The notes under the pieces: model-generated | The model's input: only the letters and a program-made list of their open reading frames with translations | Told to the model about the DNA's origin: nothing | Databases searched by the model: none | Position numbers and translations under genes: made by a program | Part shown: positions 10,175 to 21,412 of the stretch, in pieces | Layout: every line of letters begins with the position of its first letter | How positions within the stretch are numbered: the first letter of the stretch is position 1 | Source of the DNA: Sphagnum compactum | Taxonomy: Eukaryota | Length of the DNA stretch: 64,000 bases | Assembly (NCBI GenBank): GCA_965153455.1 | Contig: OZ234493.1 | Coordinates: forward strand, 27,766,213-27,830,212 | Direction of reading: 5' to 3'

Positions 10175-11694
10175 AGCATCTGGATTAACATCTTTTTTGA
10201 AATTAGGGTACTTAAGAGCTACCATATTTGGCCTAACAAAATGGCCATCTTTGTGATCAAAAATTTGTGTAGTTACAATAGATGGTTCTTGATATCCTCC
10301 TCTTGGATTTATTGCATCTACACTTTTGTACCATCTAGTAACCATTGAGTTCATTGGTGGTTGATCTGCAGTCCTATTCACATAAGTAGTCATTATTGGA
10401 TTGGTAAACACCATTTGGCATGTCCCAACAACTCCAGTAGTTGCTTTTGGTAATGTCGAACTCCAACTCAGATTCTTTCCTACTGAGATTCCACCCGATC
10501 CACTACCCAAATTTGTTGTAGATCCAATTAGTATTCCACCTTTAACAACATTCATGTTGGGTGCAACCATTGTTTCCACTCCTATGGTTGTTATGATAAC
10601 ATTAGGTGATTGAATAACCTCTATTCTAGTAGGTTGTTTTCAAATTTCAACAACTATTGCTTTTGACATTCTTGGTGAATTGAATTGACTCGAGTGTGAT
10701 GATGTTGCATTCTGTGGTTACGCATTGGTATTCTGTGGTGCAAAATGTGGATGTGTATACACTTCAGGTGTTCTACTCTTGAATTGAATGGATGGACGAA
10801 TTTGTCGACTTTGTGGTCCCAATTGACTTCCCAACTCCATGCCTTTCAATCTATTTTGGACTATAGAAATTCTTGGTCCTATGATTCATCCGCTAATGCT
10901 TCTACCACATTTTGTAACTCCACATGTTTAACAAAACCTGCTTTAATGTGATAAAACACAAAAGGACAATCCATGATTACATGTCCTTCTTCCTCACAGA
11001 ATGCACAAACCTTTGGGGAAGAGGGTATTGCTAAACCTCCAAATCCACAAATTCATGATCCTGTGTTTTGGTTGTGTACCTTGTTCGATCCAACTCTGGA
11101 TACCCTTGATGTGAATATGATTGTGGTACTTCATCCAACACATTCACTTGTGCCTCTACATATTCAAATGATCATAGGTAATTTTCATTATTCTCCTCAA
11201 CCACATCAATATTGGTGTTTTCTTCCACCTCCCAGTCTTCCATTGGTTCATAGTAATCTGGAAATGCAGACTAATACACAAACTTGGGTTGTATACCTCT
11301 TGTAACATCCCTTGCTTGGCTAGTCACCGACTCTGGACTTGAGATTTCCTACGGCTGATTAGGTATTGCAAAAGTCCTTGCTCCATCTTGATTTCTTTGA
11401 ATCTGAACCACAAATTATGGCTAGGAAGTATTTAGCACCCACTCATTTGGATGAGTAATCGATTGCATTTTTCTTTATGGAGATTGTTGTCTATAACTAT
11501 GCCTTATTTGAAAACCCCCAGTCCATACTTCATGTCATACCACTTGTGGTAAAAATGACTTGTGCCCTAAAGGTCTTTCCTCTATTATCAAAACTCATAT
11601 GTCCAACATTAGATTCCGATATGGGGTTTCTATAAGACTTGCATGTTCCTTTCCAGTTTCAAGATTGTTTCTGTTCATCTTTCAATGACTTGAT
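10175..11694 (-). mobile_element. Decayed retroelement (probably Gypsy leader/gag) serving as insertion substrate
   Basis: Not Copia family 1. The minus ORF ends ...ALKYPNFKKDVNPDA at B's LTR junction, which resembles a retrotransposon gag start. Many stops. Confidence 0.45.
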
Positions 11695-12143
11695 TATTCA
11701 AAACAACTTGAAAACAAGCAAGAAATGCAACACTCAAGGTTCATGAAATGGAACAATTGTATTAACTAAAAGAAGATTACAAAGGTTGTATGCTTCAAAT
11801 GCTATAATCATAAAACTATGGCTTGCAACACCTAACAAGCTTGAAGGTTCTATGTGCATTCAACAACCATGAAAGGAAAGAATGAAAGACAATTCAAAAC
11901 CACTCGATTATATACTATCTCCTAACCCTGAAGTAGCCGCCACTTAATCCTGATCTAGCCGCCACCAAACCCTAACCCTAGCCGCCGCCTAACCCTAACC
12001 CTAGCCGCCGCCAAACCCTAAGTAGTCTCCACTTCTAAACCCTAACCTAACAACTACAAGGACGTGTATACTATTCATCCTTTTGATGAATGTTTAACAC
12101 ATTCATCAACATTGGGAATTAGAAACGAATAGTATTTCTAACA
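11695..12143 (-). repeat. 3' LTR of element D (449 bp, shorter array)
   Basis: Family-1 LTR with fewer GCC/telo units and a mutated terminus (TATTCA). Confidence 0.9.
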
Positions 12144-12151
12144 CTCCCACT

Positions 12152-14689
12152 CTATGAAGTTTCTAATCCGAACATGTTTATCAACTTATGATGTCGTTCT
12201 TTAGATAATGCCTTAGTAAGGACATCCGCCACCATGTGTTCCGTTGGACAATATTCAAATCCTACTTCTCCATTTTCAACTCGTTCTCGAACAAAATGAT
12301 GTTGTACATCAATGTGTTTTGTTCGTGCATGGTGAGTGGGATTCTTGGTCAATGATATCGCACCTTGATTGTCGCATCGAATCACCATCATTTTCTTCTC
12401 CTCCATGTATCCCAAATCCATCATCAATTTTGTTATCCATACGGCTTCTTTTGTGGCTTGCGTGTTCGCCATGTATTCCGCCTCCGTGGTGGACAATGCT
12501 ATTGTGGGTTGTCGTTTGCTACTCCAAGAAATCGCTCCACCTCCAATCATGAAAACAAACCCTGTGGTGGACCTCCTATCTTCAAGATCACCACCCCAAT
12601 CCGCATCACAATATCCAAGAACTTCCTTGGATGGTGTTCCACCAAATTGTAATTTCATTTGCAATGTACCTTGCAAATATCGAAAGATTCGTTTGACGGC
12701 CATCCAATGCTCCATGTTAGGGTTGGCCATGTGTTGACTCAACACGCTTATTGGGTATGCCAAGTCGGGTCGTGTGCACAACATGGCATACATCAAAGAC
12801 CCAACCGCTTGTTGATATGGAAATCCCTTTGATTCATCATTTCCATTCACATTCCTTTGTAACTTCACCTTGGGATCCAATGGAACTCCAATGGGCTTAC
12901 ATTCTTCCATTCGAAACCGCTTCAATATTTCCTTGAGGTATTTGATTTGGTTGATGCGTAGGAGTCTTTCATCACGATTCCTTTCCACCTCCATCCCCAA
13001 AAAGAAATGCAACTCCCCGAGGTCCTTCATTTCAAACTTTTGACTCAATTCCTCTTTGATTTGTAAAAGTTTGTTTTGATCGTTGCACACCAAAATGAGG
13101 TCGTCCACATAGACCACAATGAAAAACTTCACATCTCCCACTTGTGCAACGTACACACTAGGATTCGCCTCACTCTTGATAAATTCAATGCTTTTGAGAA
13201 ATGCATCTAACTTTTGATTCCATGCCCTCGGAGATTGTTTCAAACCATACAAGGACTTGTGAAGCTTACACACGAGATGTTCACCTCCTTGGTGCACGAA
13301 CCCTTGAGGTTGCTCCATGTAAATCTCCTCTTCAAGCTCGCCATTGAGAAATGCGGTTTTCACGTCCATTTGATGGATCTCCATGTCTTCCAAGGCCGCC
13401 AATGCAAGAATACAACGAATAGATGCAAATTTTGCGACCGGCGCAAAAGTTTCGTTGTAATCCACTCCGTAGGTTTGCGTAAAACCTCTTGCTACTAATC
13501 TAGCCTTGTAGCGTTCCACTTCCCCATTTGCGCCTTGTTTGATTTTGAACACCCATTTGCAAGAAACGGGTTTCCTACCGGCGGGAAGTGGTACCAAAGT
13601 CCATGTGTTGTTTGTCATGAGGGAATCATATTCTTCTCGCATCGCACACTCCCACTCCTTGGAATTTTCACATGCCAATGCTTCTTCAATATTTTTGGGC
13701 TCCTCCAAAAATGCAACGGTGGCGCGCTCCACCTCTTTGGTAGCAATCCACCAATCCCAAGGCCATTACCTTCGTTGCCTTTGAGGTCTCTCCCTCGCAA
13801 TATCTTGTGAAGGTTCACAAGATGGGTTATCATTGGAAACAACAAATTCCTCTTCCGATGAAGAACTTGGTGTGGATTCACTTTGCACACCTTCCATTCT
13901 TGTTTCACTCAAAGGTCTATCTTGACTAAAGACCAATGGTTCTTCTCCCTCAACTTCTTCATGCACAACTACATTTTCTTCTTTCTCAAGATGAGGTACA
14001 CCACCTATTTCCTTTGACCCTTCAATGAACACAACATCTCTACTTTTGATGATCTTCTTGGTTTTCACACACATCAAGCGATACGCTTTGGTGCCTTCGT
14101 AATATCCTAAAAACACACAAGGCATGGACTTGGACTCTAATTTGGTCCTCTTCTCATCGGGGACATGTGCAAAGGCTTTCATCATTTTTCTTCTTCAAAC
14201 AATTTCTCACAAAATGTCCGGGTTTCTTACAATAAAAGCGAAGCTTCTCATTTGGCTTGTGAGTTTTGTTCACTAATGCGGTAGTCTCGGAATTCTCACA
14301 TTCTTTTCTTTTGGACACTTCGTGAAGCAACCTTGCTACAACGAATTGAAGGTCTACATCTTTCGTGGACATGGACTCCAAGCTTGTGACTAAGTTATCA
14401 AAGGATGGAGGAAGGCTCATGAGGAGTACCATGTAAACATCTTCATCCTTAATGTTCACCTCGATGGAACGTAGTTGGTCCGCAAGGGCTTTCACCGTGT
14501 TGATGTGCACAAGCATGTCATCTCCTTCTTACATTTTGATGGTGAATCTCCTTCGAAGGAACAACTTGTTGCCAATGGTCTTAGCTTCATGCACACCACA
14601 AAGAGCCTCCCTCGCACTTCTCACATTGTCACAATATTGAATGTGTGCAAGTTGGGCATCCGTGAGATGTTCACAAAGCAATGCAAAAG
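12152..14689 (-). pseudogene. Element D gag-pol remnant
   Basis: GAA>TAA at 13766-13768. The Zn knuckle is joined out of frame to the end of integrase, so protease and the INT core are lost. Confidence 0.9.
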
Positions 14690-15054
14690 TTTTTGAGGTT
14701 TCCAACATTGAAGTTTGAGGTGTAAGAGAAGTTTTTCAAGTTTCTTGTAAAGGTTTTTAGGAAACTTGTTTCGTTTATGTTTTTTGAAAGTGTTTGCTTG
14801 TACAACATAGAAAGGGAGAACCCTTTTGAGGGAAGGCTTTTAGTTTGCAAGGTTGCAAAGAGAATAGTCTTACAAGTGAGTGAGAGGTGTGGAAGAGATT
14901 TCTTCAAGGTGTTGTAAGTTTTTCAAGTGTGAAAAACTTGCTTTTGAAAGTATCAAGGTTTTCCAAGTGAAAGTGTTTGGAAGATAGTTCTTTTAGTTGT
15001 TGAAAACTTCAACTTTCAAGTTTGAGAGTGTTTGTTGTAGCATTTGTGTTCAAA

Positions 15055-18000
15055 ATGTATTCTTTTCAAATGGAGTCCTTGAAAGTCATGGAGAAGTTTG
15101 ATGGTGGCAACTTTCACCTTTGGAAGTTCAAAATGCGCATGATGCTTTCCAAACATGGGCTTTGGAAATTTGTTGATGGGAGTGCCACCTTGCCAAGTGA
15201 AGAAGTTGCAAGGGCCGATTACAACGAAAAAGAGACCAAGGCTTTTGCATTGCTTTGCGAACATCTCACGGATGCCCAACTTGCACACATTCAATATTGT
15301 GACAATGTGAGAAGTGCGTGGGAGGCTCTTTGTGGTGTGCATGAAGCTAAGACCATTGGCAACAAGTTGTTCCTTCGAAGGAGATTCTTCACCATCAAAA
15401 TGCAAGAAGGAGATGACATGCTTGTGCACATCAACACGGTGAAAGCCCTTGCGGACCAACTACGTTCCATCGAGGTGAACATTACGGATGAAGATGTTTA
15501 CATGGTACTCCTCATGAGCCTTCCTCCATCCTTTGATAACTTAGTCACAAGCTTGGAGTCCATGTCCACGAAAGATGTAGACCTTCAATTCGTTGTAGCA
15601 AGGTTGCTTCACGAAGTGTCCAAAAGAAAAGAATGTGAGAATTCCGAGACTACCGCATTAGTGAACAAAACTCACAAGCCACATGAGAAGCTTTGCTTTT
15701 ATTGTAAGAAACCCGGACATTTTGTGAGAAATTGTTTGAAGAAGAAAAATGATGAAAAAGAAAAAGTTAATCAAGCTTGTGAAGATCACGAACAAATGTT
15801 TGTTGCGGCATTGAGTGCCAATGATCATACCACGAATGATTGGATTGTCGATTCGGGTGCAACGCAACACATGACATTCGAACAAGAATGGTTTACCACG
15901 TACGAGCGCATTTCCCCAAGGAGGGTGTTCATGGGCGATGACACCGTTTTGGAGGCCATTGGCAAGGGGAGCATCAAAGCCACATTGCAAGTGGGAGGCC
16001 AATTGACACACACAACCATCACCCAAGTTCTTCATGTTCCAAAAATGAAGAATAATCTCATTTCGGTGAGCAAACTCATTTCGGAAGGTTTCAAAATGGA
16101 GTTTGACAAGGATGGTTGTAAGGTCAACGACGCTCGAGGAGTTGTTGTGGCGCAAGCACGAAGGGACAAGAACTTGTACCTTCTTAATGTGAAGGTGCGT
16201 AAGGACATGGCACACATTGCAAATTCTTTGGAGGAAAGTGCGATGCTTTGGCATGAAAGACTTGGCCATCTCAACATGGCAAGCCTTAAGGAATTAGATG
16301 CCATGGTGGATGGCATGAATTTGAAAGAAGTGCCGTTGCATCACATTTGTGAAGGATGCGTCAAAGGCAAACATCAAAGAACATCATTTCCCAAGGACGG
16401 AGCAACGAGGGCTTCACAACTTTTGGAGATTGTGCACACCGATGTGTGCGGGCCAATGAAGACTACATCGCATGGTGGAGCGCGATACTTTCTCACTTTC
16501 ATTGACGATTTTTCAAGGAAAACTCATGTCTATCTTTTGAAGGCCAAAGGAGAAGCGTTTGAAAAGTTCAAACAATACAAGGCCTTGGTGGAGAACGAAA
16601 TTCGTCACAAAATCAAAGTGCTGCGTTCCGACAACGGAGGAGAATTTGTGTCTAAGAAATTTGACGCATTTCTTGCGGAATGTGGAATTCAACGACAAAC
16701 AAGTGCGCCCTATTCCCCACAACAAAACGGTGTTGCGGAACGTGCCAATAGAACAATCATGGAATGTGCAAGAAGCATGATTCTTGCACAAGGGTTGGAA
16801 TTTGAATTTTGGGGCGAAACGGTGAACACGGCGGTGTACATCAAAAATCGATGTCCAACCAAGGCTCTTGATTCCAAGACCCCTCAAGAAGCGTGGAGTG
16901 GTAGGAAACCCGATGTGTCCCATTTGAGAGTTTTTGGTTGTAAGGCCTTTGCACATGTCCCCGATGAGAAGAGGACCAAATTAGAGTCCAAGTCCATGCC
17001 TTGTGTGTTTTTAGGATATTACGAAGGCACCAAAGCGTATCGCTTGATGTGTGTGAAAACCAAGAGAATCATCAAAAGTAGAGATGTTGTGTTCATTGAA
17101 AGGTCAAAGGAAATAGGTGGTGTACCTCATCTTGAGAAAGAAGAAAATGTAGTTGTGCATGAAGAAGTTGAGGGAGAAGAACCATTGGCCTTTAGTCAAG
17201 ATAGACCTTTGAGTGAAACAAGAATGGAAGGTGTGCAAAGTGAATCCACACCAAGTTCTTCATCTGAAGAGGAATTTGTTGTTTCCAATGACAACCCATC
17301 TTGTGAACCTTCACAAGATATTGCGAGGGAAAGACCTCAAAGGCAACGAAGGGAATGGCCTCGGGATTGGTGGATTGCTACCAAAGAGGTGGAGCGCGCC
17401 ACCGTTGCATTTTTGGAGGAGCCCCAAAATATTGAAGAAGCATTGACATGTGAAAATTCCAAGGAGTGGGAGTGTGCGAGGCGAGAAGAATATGATTCCC
17501 TCATGACAAACAAAAAATGGACTTTGGTACCACTTCCCGCCAGTAGGAAACCCGTTTCTTGCAAATGGGTGTTCAAAATCAAACAAGGCGCAAATGGGGA
17601 AGTGGAACGCTACAAGGCTAGATTAGTAGCAAGAGGTTTTACCCAAACCTACGGAGTGGATTACAACGAAACTTTTGCGCCGGTCGCAAAATTTGCATCT
17701 ATTCGTTGTATTCTTGCATTGGCGGCCTTGGAAGACATGGAGATCCATCAAATGGACGTGAAAACCGCATTTCTCAATGGCCAGCTTGAAAAGGAGATTT
17801 ACATGGAGCAACCTCAAGGGTTCGTGCACCAAGGAGGTGAACATCTCGTGTGTAAGCTTCACAAGTCCTTGTATGGTTTGAAACAATCTCCGAGGGCATG
17901 GAATCAAAAGTTAGATGCGTTTCTCAAAAGCATTGAATTTATCAAGAGTGAGGCGGATCCTAGTGTGTACGTTGCACAAGTGGGAGATGTGAAGTTTTTC

Positions 18001-18969
18001 ATTGTGGTCTATGTGGACGACCTCATTTTGGTGTGCAACGATCAAAACAAACTTTTACAAATCAAAGAGGAATTGAGTCAAAAGTTTGAAATGAAGGACC
18101 TCGGGGAGTTGCATTTCTTTCTGGGGATGGAGGTGGAAAGGAATCGTGATGAAAGACTCCTACGCATCAACCAAATCAAATACCTCAAGGAAATATTGAA
18201 GCGGTTTCGAATGGAAGAATGTAAGCCCATTGGAGTTCCATTGGATCCCAAGGTGAAGTTACAAAGGAATGCGAATGGAAATGATGAATCAAAGGGATTT
18301 CCATATCAACAAGCGGTTGGGTCTTTGATGTATGCCATGCTGTGCACACGACCCGACTTGGCATACCCAATAAGCGTGTTGAGTCAACACATGGCGAACC
18401 CTAACATGGAGCATTGGATGGCCGTCAAACGAATCTTTCGATATTTGCAAGGTACATTGCAAATGAAATTACAATTTGGTGGAACACCATCCAAGGAAGT
18501 TCTTGGATATTGTGATGCGGATTGGGGTGGTGATCTTGAAGATAGGAGGTCCACCACAGGGTTTGTTTTCATGATTGGAGGTGGAGCGATTTCTTGGAGT
18601 AGCAAACGACAACCCACAATAGCATTGTCCACCACGGAGGCGGAATACATGGCGAACACGCAAGCCACAAAAGAAGCCGTATGGATAACAAAATTGATGA
18701 TGGATTTGGGATACATGGAGGAGAAGAAAATGATGGTGATTCGATGCGACAATCAAGGTGCGATATCATTGACCAAGAATCCCACTCACCATGCACGAAC
18801 AAAACACATTGATGTACAACATCATTTTGTTCGAGAACGAGTTGAAAATGGAGAAGTAGGATTTGAATATTGTCCAACGGAACACATGGTGGCGGATGTC
18901 CTTACTAAGGCATTATCTAAAGAACGACATCATAACTTGATAAACATGTTCGGATTAGAAACTTCATAG
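15055..18969 (+). CDS. Complete Copia gag-PR-INT-RT-RNase H polyprotein (1304 aa)
   Basis: Single open frame from ATG 15055 with all catalytic motifs visible (DSG, HHCC/DDE, YVDD, CDADW). Confidence 0.95.
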   Translation: MYSFQMESLKVMEKFDGGNFHLWKFKMRMMLSKHGLWKFVDGSATLPSEEVARADYNEKETKAFALLCEHLTDAQLAHIQYCDNVRSAWEALCGVHEAKTIGNKLFLRRRFFTIKMQEGDDMLVHINTVKALADQLRSIEVNITDEDVYMVLLMSLPPSFDNLVTSLESMSTKDVDLQFVVARLLHEVSKRKECENSETTALVNKTHKPHEKLCFYCKKPGHFVRNCLKKKNDEKEKVNQACEDHEQMFVAALSANDHTTNDWIVDSGATQHMTFEQEWFTTYERISPRRVFMGDDTVLEAIGKGSIKATLQVGGQLTHTTITQVLHVPKMKNNLISVSKLISEGFKMEFDKDGCKVNDARGVVVAQARRDKNLYLLNVKVRKDMAHIANSLEESAMLWHERLGHLNMASLKELDAMVDGMNLKEVPLHHICEGCVKGKHQRTSFPKDGATRASQLLEIVHTDVCGPMKTTSHGGARYFLTFIDDFSRKTHVYLLKAKGEAFEKFKQYKALVENEIRHKIKVLRSDNGGEFVSKKFDAFLAECGIQRQTSAPYSPQQNGVAERANRTIMECARSMILAQGLEFEFWGETVNTAVYIKNRCPTKALDSKTPQEAWSGRKPDVSHLRVFGCKAFAHVPDEKRTKLESKSMPCVFLGYYEGTKAYRLMCVKTKRIIKSRDVVFIERSKEIGGVPHLEKEENVVVHEEVEGEEPLAFSQDRPLSETRMEGVQSESTPSSSSEEEFVVSNDNPSCEPSQDIARERPQRQRREWPRDWWIATKEVERATVAFLEEPQNIEEALTCENSKEWECARREEYDSLMTNKKWTLVPLPASRKPVSCKWVFKIKQGANGEVERYKARLVARGFTQTYGVDYNETFAPVAKFASIRCILALAALEDMEIHQMDVKTAFLNGQLEKEIYMEQPQGFVHQGGEHLVCKLHKSLYGLKQSPRAWNQKLDAFLKSIEFIKSEADPSVYVAQVGDVKFFIVVYVDDLILVCNDQNKLLQIKEELSQKFEMKDLGELHFFLGMEVERNRDERLLRINQIKYLKEILKRFRMEECKPIGVPLDPKVKLQRNANGNDESKGFPYQQAVGSLMYAMLCTRPDLAYPISVLSQHMANPNMEHWMAVKRIFRYLQGTLQMKLQFGGTPSKEVLGYCDADWGGDLEDRRSTTGFVFMIGGGAISWSSKRQPTIALSTTEAEYMANTQATKEAVWITKLMMDLGYMEEKKMMVIRCDNQGAISLTKNPTHHARTKHIDVQHHFVRERVENGEVGFEYCPTEHMVADVLTKALSKERHHNLINMFGLETS

Positions 18970-18977
18970 AGTGGGAG

Positions 18978-19449
18978 TGTTAGAAATACTATTCGTTTCT
19001 AATTCCCAATGTTGATGAATGTGTTAAACATTCATCAAAAGGATGAATAGTATACACATCCTTGTAGTTGTTAGGTTAGGGTTTAGAAGTGGAGACTACT
19101 TAGGGTTTGGCGGCGGCTAGGGTTAGGGTTAGGCGGCGGCTAGGTTTAGGGTTAGGCGGCGGCTAGGGTTAGGGTTTGGTGGCGGCTAGGTTAGGGTTAA
19201 GTGGCGGCTACTTAGGGTTAGGAGATATTATATAATGGAGTGGTTTTGAGTTGTCATTCATTCCTTCCTTTCATGGTTGTTGAGTGCACATAGAACCTTC
19301 AAGCTTTGTTAGTTGTTGCAAGCCATAGTTTTATGATTGTAGCATTTGAAGCATACAACCTTTGTAATCTTCTTCTAGTTAATACAATTGTTCCATTTCA
19401 TGAACCTTGAGTGTTGCATTTCTTGCTTGTCTTCAAGTTGTTTCCAATA
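18978..19449 (+). repeat. 3' LTR of element E (472 bp)
   Basis: TGTTAG...CCAATA after the PPT. Confidence 0.95.
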
Positions 19450-21190
19450 CAAACATCAAAGAACATCATTTCCCAAGGACGGAGGAACGAGGGGTTCACA
19501 ACTTTTGGAGATTGTGCACACCGATGTGTGCGGGCCAATGAAGACTACCTCGCATGGTGGAGCGCGATACTTTCTCACTTTCATTGACGATTTCTCAAGG
19601 AAAACTCATGTCTATCTTTTGAAGGCCAAAGGAGAAGCGTTTGAAAAGTTCAAACAATACAAGGCCTTGGTGGAGAACGAAATTCGTCACAAAATCAAAG
19701 TGCTGCGTTCCGACAACGAAGGAGAATTTGTGTCTAAGAAATTTGACGCATTTCTTGTGGAATGTGGAATTCAACGACAAACAATTGCGCCCTATTCCCC
19801 ACAACAAAACGGTGTTGCGGAACGTGCCAATAGAACCATCATGGAATGTGCCAGAAGCATGATTCTTGCACAAGGGTTGGAACTTGAATTTTGGGGCGAA
19901 GCGGTGAACACGGCGGTGTACATCAAAAATCGATGTCCAACCAAGGCTCTTGATTCCAAGACCCCTCAAGAAGCGTGGAGTGGTAGGAAACCCGATGTGT
20001 CCCATTTGAGAGTTTTTGGTTGTAAGGCCTTTGCACATGTCCCCGATGAGAAGAGGACCAAATTAGAGTCCAAGTCCATGCCTTGTGTGTTTTTAGGATA
20101 TTACGAAGGCACCAAAGCGTATCGCTTGATGTGTGTGAAAACCAAGAGAATCATCAAAAGTAGAGATGTTATGTTCATTGAAGGGTCAAAGGAAATAGGT
20201 GGTGTACCTCATCTTGAGAAAGAAGAAAATGTAGTTGTGCATGAAGAAGATGAGTGAGAAGAACCATTGGCCTTTAGTCAAGATAGACCTTTGAGTGAAA
20301 CAAGAATGGAAGGTGTGCAAAGTGAATCCACACCAAGTTCTTCATCGGAAGAGGAATTTGTTGTTTCCAATGACAACCCATCTTGTGAACCTTCACAAGA
20401 TATTGCGAGGGAAAGACCTCAAAGGCAACGAAGGGAATGGCCTCGGGATTGGTGGATTGCTACCAAAGAGGTGGAGCGCGCCACCGTTGCATTTTCGGAG
20501 GAGCCCCAAAGTATTGAAGAAGCATTGACATGTGAAAATTCCAAGGAGTGGGAGTGTGCGATGCGAGAAGAATATGATTCCCTCATGACAAACAACACAT
20601 GGACTTTGGTACCACTTCCCGCCGGTAGGAAACCCGTTTCTTGCAAATGGGTGTTCAAAATCAAACAAGGCGCAAATGGGGATGTGGAATGCTACAAGGC
20701 TAGATTAGTAGCAAGAGGTTTTACTCAAACCTACGGAGTGGATTACAACGAAACTTTTGCGCCGGTCGCAAAATTTGCATCTATTCGTTGTATTCTTGCA
20801 TTGGCGGCCTTGGAAGACATGGAGATCCATCAAATGGACGTGAAAATCGCATTTCTCAATGGCGAGCTTGAAGAGGAGATTTACATGGAGCAACCTCAAG
20901 GGTTCGTGCACCAAGGAGGTGAACATCTCGTGTGTAAGCTTCACAAGTCCTTGTATGGTTTGAAACAATCTCCGAGGGCATGGAATCAAAAGTTAGATGC
21001 GTTTCTCAAAAGCATTGAATTTATCAAGAGTGAGGCGGATCCTAGTGTGTACGTTGCACAAGTGGGAGATGTGAAGTTTTTCATTGTGGTCTATGTGGAC
21101 GACCTCATTTTGGTGTGCAACGATCAAAACAAACATTTCCAAATCAAAGAGGAATTGAGTCAAAAGTTTGAAATGAAGGACCTCGGGGAG

Positions 21191-21404
21191 TATTGGAAAC
21201 AACTTGAATACAAGCAAGAAATGCAACACTCAAGGTTCATGAAATGGAACAATTGTATTAACTAAAAGAAGATTACAAAGGTTGTATGCTTCAAATGCTA
21301 CAATCATAAAACTATGGCTTGCAACAACTAACAAAGCTTGAAGGTTCTATGTGCACTCAACAACCATGAAAGGAAGGAATTAGAAACGAATAGTATTTCT
21401 AACA
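21191..21404 (-). repeat. 3' LTR of G (214 bp)
   Basis: Family-1 LTR minus 275 bp; junction GGAAT at 21376-21380. Confidence 0.95.
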
Positions 21405-21412
21405 CTCCCACT

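Larger units (their letters stand above)
11695..14689 (-). mobile_element. Copia element D, internally deleted and 5'-truncated
   Basis: 3' LTR at 11695-12143 and PPT at 12144-12153. RT/RH at 12152-13732. About 1.19 kb deleted near 14177. Gag is cut at 14689. Confidence 0.92.
14687..19449 (+). mobile_element. Copia element E: intact ORF and 3' LTR, but 5' LTR and PBS deleted
   Basis: Begins mid-leader, fused head-to-head with D at AAG (14687-14689). 3' LTR at 18978-19449 is followed by INT sequence of element F. Confidence 0.93.

Noticed and set aside
10100-10579. ORFs sharing LTR-derived ends (also 19388-20257, 20267-21265, 26144-27076, 28275-28607)
   Set aside because: Chance read-through across insertion junctions into or out of LTR sequence.
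14154-14185. D's internal deletion as a spliced subgenomic gag RNA copy
   Set aside because: The deleted segment has no GT...AG boundaries.
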